Positions 60,156-64,000 of a DNA stretch of 64,000 bases are shown here, one piece after another. Source of the DNA: an uncultured virus (IMG/VR IMGVR_UViG_3300027743_000022) (lineage: Duplodnaviria; Heunggongvirae; Uroviricota; Caudoviricetes). The notes under the pieces were generated by a model, which saw only the letters and a program-made list of their open reading frames with translations, did not search any database and was not told the origin of the DNA. Every line of letters begins with the position of its first letter. The stretch's first letter is position 1. Location of the stretch: IMG/VR virus record IMGVR_UViG_3300027743_000022. The stretch is one strand, 5' to 3'. A program made the position numbers and the translations under genes.

Positions 60156-60495
60156 TTTCTTGTATCGTTAGCGTTATCTGTAACATTAAAGGTTTCGAGA
60201 AATCTAGGGCTATTACTGGATTAACAACAATATACTTCCCTGACTTGACAAATATCTTAGATTTCTTCAACTTAGCTACAATATTATTTATCGTAGGAAA
60301 GGAAGAACCATACTTTGCACAAAACTCCTCACGCACTGACGTATATGTAATACTGCCTCTTACTGCTGTGAATGCCACAAGCTGTATCTCCCTGTCTGTC
60401 AAACACAAGTTATTTATGGCTGATAGGATACTGTAGTATCGTTCAGCAACCTGTATGTTATCTTTACACCCCTTTTCTAACTGTTGAACTATCAT
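60073..60495 (-). CDS. Winged-helix (RepL-like) DNA-binding protein
   Basis: LTDRE.QLVAF, TINNIVAKLKK, IVVNP; first gene of the late operon. Confidence 0.55.
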   Translation of the reverse strand: MIVQQLEKGCKDNIQVAERYYSILSAINNLCLTDREIQLVAFTAVRGSITYTSVREEFCAKYGSSFPTINNIVAKLKKSKIFVKSGKYIVVNPVIALDFSKPLMLQITLTIQENGSKRETLKYASEGMVNKEGKPEAVNS

Positions 60496-60517
60496 AACAT
60501 TAATGTAATTAATTAAA

Positions 60518-60525
60518 CAAAGTTA
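60518..60525 (-). promoter_or_regulatory. Bacteroidota -7 promoter element (TAACTTTG) at the head of the late operon
   Basis: Exact TAnnTTTG 22 nt upstream of ATG 60495. Confidence 0.6.
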
Positions 60526-60572
60526 TAATAATCATTCTGATTATTTTTAAATTTTTTAAAAATTTTTTTTTG

Positions 60573-60651
60573 TTTGTGGGAGTGTATGGGGAGGGTACTC
60601 CAGTGGAAACCCTCCCTACGGTCGGTGCGGGTTGTGGGTACTCCCGCCAAA
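60573..60651. repeat. GC-rich nested inverted repeat at the divergence point
   Basis: Outer TTTGTGGGAGT / ACTCCCGCCAAA; inner GGGAGGGT / ACCCTCCC (60589-60616); direct repeat GGGTACTCC twice. Confidence 0.75.
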
Positions 60652-60684
60652 CTAAATCTTAAACTAATTAAATCCTAAAACATT

Positions 60685-61101
60685 ATGAAAACAGTTATTA
60701 TTACAGGAGGACATTTCACGGAAGGTAAAGATACTAACGGACGTGATAAAGCAGGTAATTTCGTTGCTTATCTTAACGACGGAAATGAAGTATTCATTCT
60801 AAAGAATAGAATGGATAAGATTGGTATTGATAAAACTAATCTTAGTACTGTAGTGTGGCCACTCTATGGTCTACAAGGCACACGAGTAGTTGGTACTCGT
60901 AATGCACAAGGCGAGCTTACAGGCGAAACCACTACTCGTGATGAAATCAAATCTGTCTTCAAGACTGATGATGATTTGATTGCTATCACTACAGCAGGCG
61001 AAAGAATACGCGTTAAAGAAGCGGTTAAGAAGAATGAAATCAGAAAGGCTTCTGAACTTACTGATGAACAATTGAAAGTTCTAATGGAAGCATCGTGGTA
61101 A
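60685..61101 (+). CDS. Hypothetical protein, first plus-strand gene (138 aa)
   Basis: ORF with A-rich leader and its own terminator. Confidence 0.8.
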   Translation: MKTVIITGGHFTEGKDTNGRDKAGNFVAYLNDGNEVFILKNRMDKIGIDKTNLSTVVWPLYGLQGTRVVGTRNAQGELTGETTTRDEIKSVFKTDDDLIAITTAGERIRVKEAVKKNEIRKASELTDEQLKVLMEASW

Positions 61102-61106
61102 TAGAA

Positions 61107-61140
61107 ATAAACAGCATCCTCGTGGTGCTGTTTATATATA
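61107..61140 (+). terminator. Rho-independent terminator
   Basis: ATAAACAGCATC / GGTGCTGTTTAT stem directly after the stop at 61101. Confidence 0.65.
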
Positions 61141-61193
61141 AATTGTAGTGAAACTTTCTACCTATATATATACCCACAATGGTGCTAAATACA

Positions 61194-61441
61194 ATTTTTG
61201 TAGGAATTTCTAAGAATATAAAAGTTTAACCCGAGGATTTTAAACTTACGTAAGATGCTACTGCACAACGAATGTTAAAAAAGGGCTTAAATGATCTACC
61301 ATGTAGGTCATATTTTTGTAAGAATTAGATGTTTGCTATTTGTGTATGTAGGTAGGAAGAGGAAATTTAGTTAAAAATGATGATTTTTGTAGGAAAAGGA
61401 TTGAGCATAATACATGTGTATGTGCTTAATCCTTCTACAAA
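61194..61441 (+). repeat. Three direct copies of ATTTTTGTARGAA plus a long imperfect hairpin
   Basis: Copies start at 61194, 61312 and 61383; inverted repeat 61386-61441. Confidence 0.65.
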
Positions 61442-61501
61442 TTGTTTATAAACAGTTTAACATTGGGGATATTATAGCATTAATCAAATAAAAAAGAATA
61501 T

Positions 61502-61606
61502 ATGGTTAGTATAACTGATTGTTTCCTTATAAGTATATTATGTTTAGCAATAGGTATTTATTGGGGAGTTCTATACATGAAGATTAAATACAATAAAAAA
61601 GAATAG
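61502..61606 (+). CDS. 34-aa single-pass membrane peptide
   Basis: Manual translation MVSITDCFLISILCLAIGIYWGVLYMKIKYNKKE*. Confidence 0.55.
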   Translation: MVSITDCFLISILCLAIGIYWGVLYMKIKYNKKE

Positions 61607-61608
61607 TT

Positions 61609-61782
61609 ATGAGAATTATAGAAACATTCATTTGCTTCTTAGAGAGTAAAAATGAATATGTCAAAGTACATAGAGGAAGAGATAATAATGGTGATAATAT
61701 TTATTTTAAAGAGTTACCTAATGGGTCATTAGAGAAATTGAGTGATAAAGAATCAAATGTATTATTAACAAACGATAAATAG
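61609..61782 (+). CDS. 57-aa hypothetical protein
   Basis: Manual translation MRIIETFICFLESKNEYVKVHRG...NDK*; TAGTTATG junctions on both sides. Confidence 0.6.
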   Translation: MRIIETFICFLESKNEYVKVHRGRDNNGDNIYFKELPNGSLEKLSDKESNVLLTNDK

Positions 61783-61784
61783 TT

Positions 61785-61961
61785 ATGAGATTATTATTAT
61801 TAGTACTAGGTACAGCTCTTATGGGCTTTGGTATTGGTTATGTTGTAGGATTTGATGTTCATAAATCAAATGTTATTACTAGAGCTAAATCATTTGGAGA
61901 AAGAGAAACATATTCTTATAAAGATATGGAAGTAGTAATATTTGGAGAAATACAGGAGTAA
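61785..61961 (+). CDS. 58-aa protein with N-terminal membrane anchor
   Basis: Manual translation MRLLLLVLGTALMGFGIGYVVGFD...FGEIQE*. Confidence 0.6.
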   Translation: MRLLLLVLGTALMGFGIGYVVGFDVHKSNVITRAKSFGERETYSYKDMEVVIFGEIQE

Positions 61962-61963
61962 TT

Positions 61964-62161
61964 ATGAATATAAAATATTATAAAGAGGTATTTAAGAGTA
62001 GTTTTGTATTATCATCAATGAATTTTAATTTCCTTAATAAGGATATACAAGAGTTTATTAGAAAGAAAGATGTAGAGCAAGAACATTATTCTGTATTAAG
62101 TAGAAAAGATGTTTTATACATCTATTTAGATAATGGAGATCGTATTGATGTTCGATTATAG
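61964..62161 (+). CDS. 65-aa hypothetical protein
   Basis: ORF track; TAATTATG junction with the upstream gene. Confidence 0.6.
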   Translation: MNIKYYKEVFKSSFVLSSMNFNFLNKDIQEFIRKKDVEQEHYSVLSRKDVLYIYLDNGDRIDVRL

Positions 62162-62174
62162 GTTATTTTAAGGG

Positions 62175-62318
62175 CACACAACAAACAAAAAAAGAAAAGA
62201 GAACGAAAGAGATATTTATTCATATAAGTCCTATTTAAAGGGCTTATAATGGATATTTGTTTGATTGTGTTGTTTGGAAATAGTTGAGAGAGGAGTAATT
62301 AGCCTCTCTTTGCTATTT
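62175..62318 (+). other. Structured intergenic region (two hairpins)
   Basis: TATAAGTCCT/AGGGCTTATA core with outer ACACAACAAACAAA/TTTGTTTGATTGTGT; second stem AAATAG..GAGAGG/CCTCTC..CTATTT. Confidence 0.5.
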
Positions 62319-62380
62319 TATTATTGCGTATTATATAGCATAAACAGACAATTACAGTTAAATTTAAAAATTAAATTATT

Positions 62381-62671
62381 ATGGCAGAGTTAGTTATTAG
62401 TAGAGGAGAGATGGTTAAGATATTAAATAACCATTTTACAGCAATTGTAGAGAATATATCTTGTGGAGGTGAATTTTCATTTAAACCTGAAGATAGATTT
62501 CAGATATTTACAAATTTCAAGGATGGTAAGAATCTTTCTTGTAAATGGGCTACTCTTATGGAGTGTTATCATTTACATGAAACAGAGACAGAACCATCTT
62601 GGTTAGTTAAAGCTGAAAGTGATTATCCTGAGTTTTTAGTTATGGCTAATAAGAAGATATTAGGACTATGA
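62381..62671 (+). CDS. 96-aa hypothetical protein
   Basis: ORF track; AT-rich leader. Confidence 0.65.
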   Translation: MAELVISRGEMVKILNNHFTAIVENISCGGEFSFKPEDRFQIFTNFKDGKNLSCKWATLMECYHLHETETEPSWLVKAESDYPEFLVMANKKILGL

Positions 62672-62838
62672 TTATTAAGATATTTACAGCTATTGTATCC
62701 CTATTGCTTATTGTGATAGGGATATTGTGTTATCAGATTAGTATAAATGCATTTTATAATTATTTGATATTTATGGTGCCAATGGCATTATTGAGGTTTA
62801 CACGTAGTATATTATTAATTAAAACTCAGAGATTATGA
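62668..62838 (+). CDS. 56-aa membrane protein
   Basis: Manual translation MIIKIFTAIVSLLLIVIGILCYQ...KTQRL*; ATGA overlaps at both ends. Confidence 0.6.
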   Translation: MIIKIFTAIVSLLLIVIGILCYQISINAFYNYLIFMVPMALLRFTRSILLIKTQRL

Positions 62839-63041
62839 TTAAAGAAACTTTGAAAGAATCTTTGTTACAGACATGGTTATTTGTATCTATTATACTATTT
62901 CTTGTAGCATTGATTGTTGGTTCTTATTCTTCTATGGAGATAAAACATATAATGATGTATGTTTTGTTAGCTACAGAGTTGAGTTCAATTGCTGCTATGT
63001 TCTTTTTATATAAATATAATAAGAAACGTAATAGAGTATAA
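62835..63041 (+). CDS. 68-aa two-pass membrane protein
   Basis: Two hydrophobic segments and a basic C-terminus. Confidence 0.65.
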   Translation: MIKETLKESLLQTWLFVSIILFLVALIVGSYSSMEIKHIMMYVLLATELSSIAAMFFLYKYNKKRNRV

Positions 63042-63043
63042 TT

Positions 63044-63223
63044 ATGGAGAAGTTATTAAGTGTAATATTTGTAGGTGCATTAGCAATATTTGCTGTATGG
63101 TTCATTATAAATTTAATTCCAGTGGTAATAGCTATTATTGTGAATAGTATTGCTTATGTAGGTATTCTTATAGTATTAGCTTTAGTGTTAATGTTTATTG
63201 GTAGTTTAATAGAGAAAAAATAA
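63044..63223 (+). CDS. 59-aa two-pass membrane protein
   Basis: Manual translation MEKLLSVIFVGALAIFAVWFIINLIPVVIAIIVNSIAYVGILIVLALVLMFIGSLIEKK*. Confidence 0.6.
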   Translation: MEKLLSVIFVGALAIFAVWFIINLIPVVIAIIVNSIAYVGILIVLALVLMFIGSLIEKK

Positions 63224-63224
63224 T

Positions 63225-63611
63225 ATGGAAGAGTTATTTGTTCCTTATAAAGAATCCCTAGCTCTTAAAGAGTTAGGGTTTAATGAAGAATGTCTTGGCT
63301 ATTATAATGGTAATCCTCATAATCTTCAATATATGTATAATGGTAAACCTGAAAAATTTACTGATAAAAGAATGGGAGTATGTGGTAATCATATAGCAGG
63401 TTGGACTTCAGCACCATTATATCAACAAGCTTTTAAATGGTTTAGAGAGAAACATGAAATGTATTCATTTGTTGAAACTATATATATAGGATATAACTAT
63501 GTTATTGATTATGAAGGTGAGACTATTGAGGGATTAATGCTTTCTACTTATGAAGAAGCAGAATTAGATTGTTTAAGAAAGTTAATAGAAATAGTAAAGA
63601 GTAAAAATTAG
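63225..63611 (+). CDS. Conserved hypothetical protein of Bacteroidota phages (128 aa)
   Basis: FVPY..SLALKELGF.E.C, APLYQQAFKWFREKH, TYEEAEL.CL.KLIE. Confidence 0.75.
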   Translation: MEELFVPYKESLALKELGFNEECLGYYNGNPHNLQYMYNGKPEKFTDKRMGVCGNHIAGWTSAPLYQQAFKWFREKHEMYSFVETIYIGYNYVIDYEGETIEGLMLSTYEEAELDCLRKLIEIVKSKN

Positions 63612-63615
63612 AGTT

Positions 63616-63867
63616 ATGAGAAAGTTTATTTTATTATTGGTTATGATTAGTTGTACAAATTTCTATAGTTATGGACAGAAGGTCTATAACTTAGATGAAC
63701 GTAAGGTTCAGAGTAAGGATAGTGTTTATTACAAACCTACAGGGGATTTCGCCATTCATAATGGTAAACAATATATTGTGTATATGTCTCAAAGAGGTAA
63801 ATACTTTATAATTGTTACTTCAAAGAATGGTAAGACATATAAAAAATATTTTAAAACTACTGCATAA
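63616..63867 (+). CDS. Secreted or lipoprotein-like small protein (83 aa)
   Basis: Signal-like MRKFILLLVMISC; basic C-terminus S.RGKYFI..TSK.GKTYKKY. Confidence 0.65.
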   Translation: MRKFILLLVMISCTNFYSYGQKVYNLDERKVQSKDSVYYKPTGDFAIHNGKQYIVYMSQRGKYFIIVTSKNGKTYKKYFKTTA

Positions 63868-64000
63868 TGAATTGGTTCAATCAAATAGTAAATAAAGATT
63901 CTGTCCCTAAAGAGGGGCAGATCTATGTAGCAATACAAAATGGTAAGGCTATGAGGTATAATGATGCTAATCACTTTGGTCATATACATAAAGTATTATC
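63867..64000 (+). CDS. Partial hypothetical protein (runs off the window)
   Basis: TAATG coupling; MNWFNQIVNKDSVPKEGQIYVAIQNG... open to the end of the window. Confidence 0.55.
   Translation, partial: MNWFNQIVNKDSVPKEGQIYVAIQNGKAMRYNDANHFGHIHKVL

Noticed and set aside
4049..60436. Many plus-strand ORFs of 60-154 aa in the track (e.g. 12235-12627, 57498-57962)
   Set aside because: They lie antisense to long minus-strand genes, have the Ser/Leu/Ile-rich composition of shadow frames and show no motifs
62668..63223. Holin call for the two-pass membrane ORFs
   Set aside because: No adjacent endolysin and they sit in an early-type region; function cannot be assigned
60871..63989. Minus-strand ORFs 60871-61071 and 63789-63989
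   Set aside because: Antisense to better-supported plus-strand genes
1..64000. Stop-codon reassignment (TAG or TGA), known in some crAss-like phages
   Set aside because: Very long ORFs are intact under code 11, and TAG and TGA end genes at tight junctions
1..64000. CRISPR array or diversity-generating retroelement
   Set aside because: No regularly spaced repeats, no reverse transcriptase, and no template/variable repeat pair visible to me; the 13-bp repeats at 61194-61395 are too short and irregular

Overview
A 64 kb, AT-rich segment of a crAss-like (Crassvirales-type) Bacteroidota phage using the standard genetic code. Positions 1-60495 form one minus-strand late module. In transcription order it encodes: RepL/wHTH-like, IHF-like and Zn-binding small genes; terminase; portal; scaffold-like protein; major capsid protein; ring, auxiliary capsid, hub and fibre proteins; a muzzle (tail stabilisation) protein split over three ORFs; internal cargo proteins; a 4638-aa virion RNA polymerase polyprotein; a ~2060-aa multi-domain cargo protein; and a 1612-aa tail fibre. 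A GC-rich nested hairpin at ~60575-60650 marks the switch to plus-strand small early-type genes, many of them membrane peptides. The most unusual observations are: (1) free-standing homing endonuclease genes whose 3' ends reproduce the C-terminus of the gene just upstream (capsid IPQF*, portal RNxNxPxK*), suggesting insertion into terminal codons with a recoded replacement; (2) a 51-nt tRNA mimic lacking an arm, inside the capsid operon; (3) tandem macro-like and NADAR domains on the vRNAP, plus nucleotidyltransferase and PD-(D/E)XK domains on the next cargo protein; (4) repeated gene fission, a shared ~70-aa module and poly-Thr tracts across tail proteins; (5) a 13-bp direct repeat and hairpins in the early leader. 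All family calls come from recognising motifs and synteny by eye; no searches were run.
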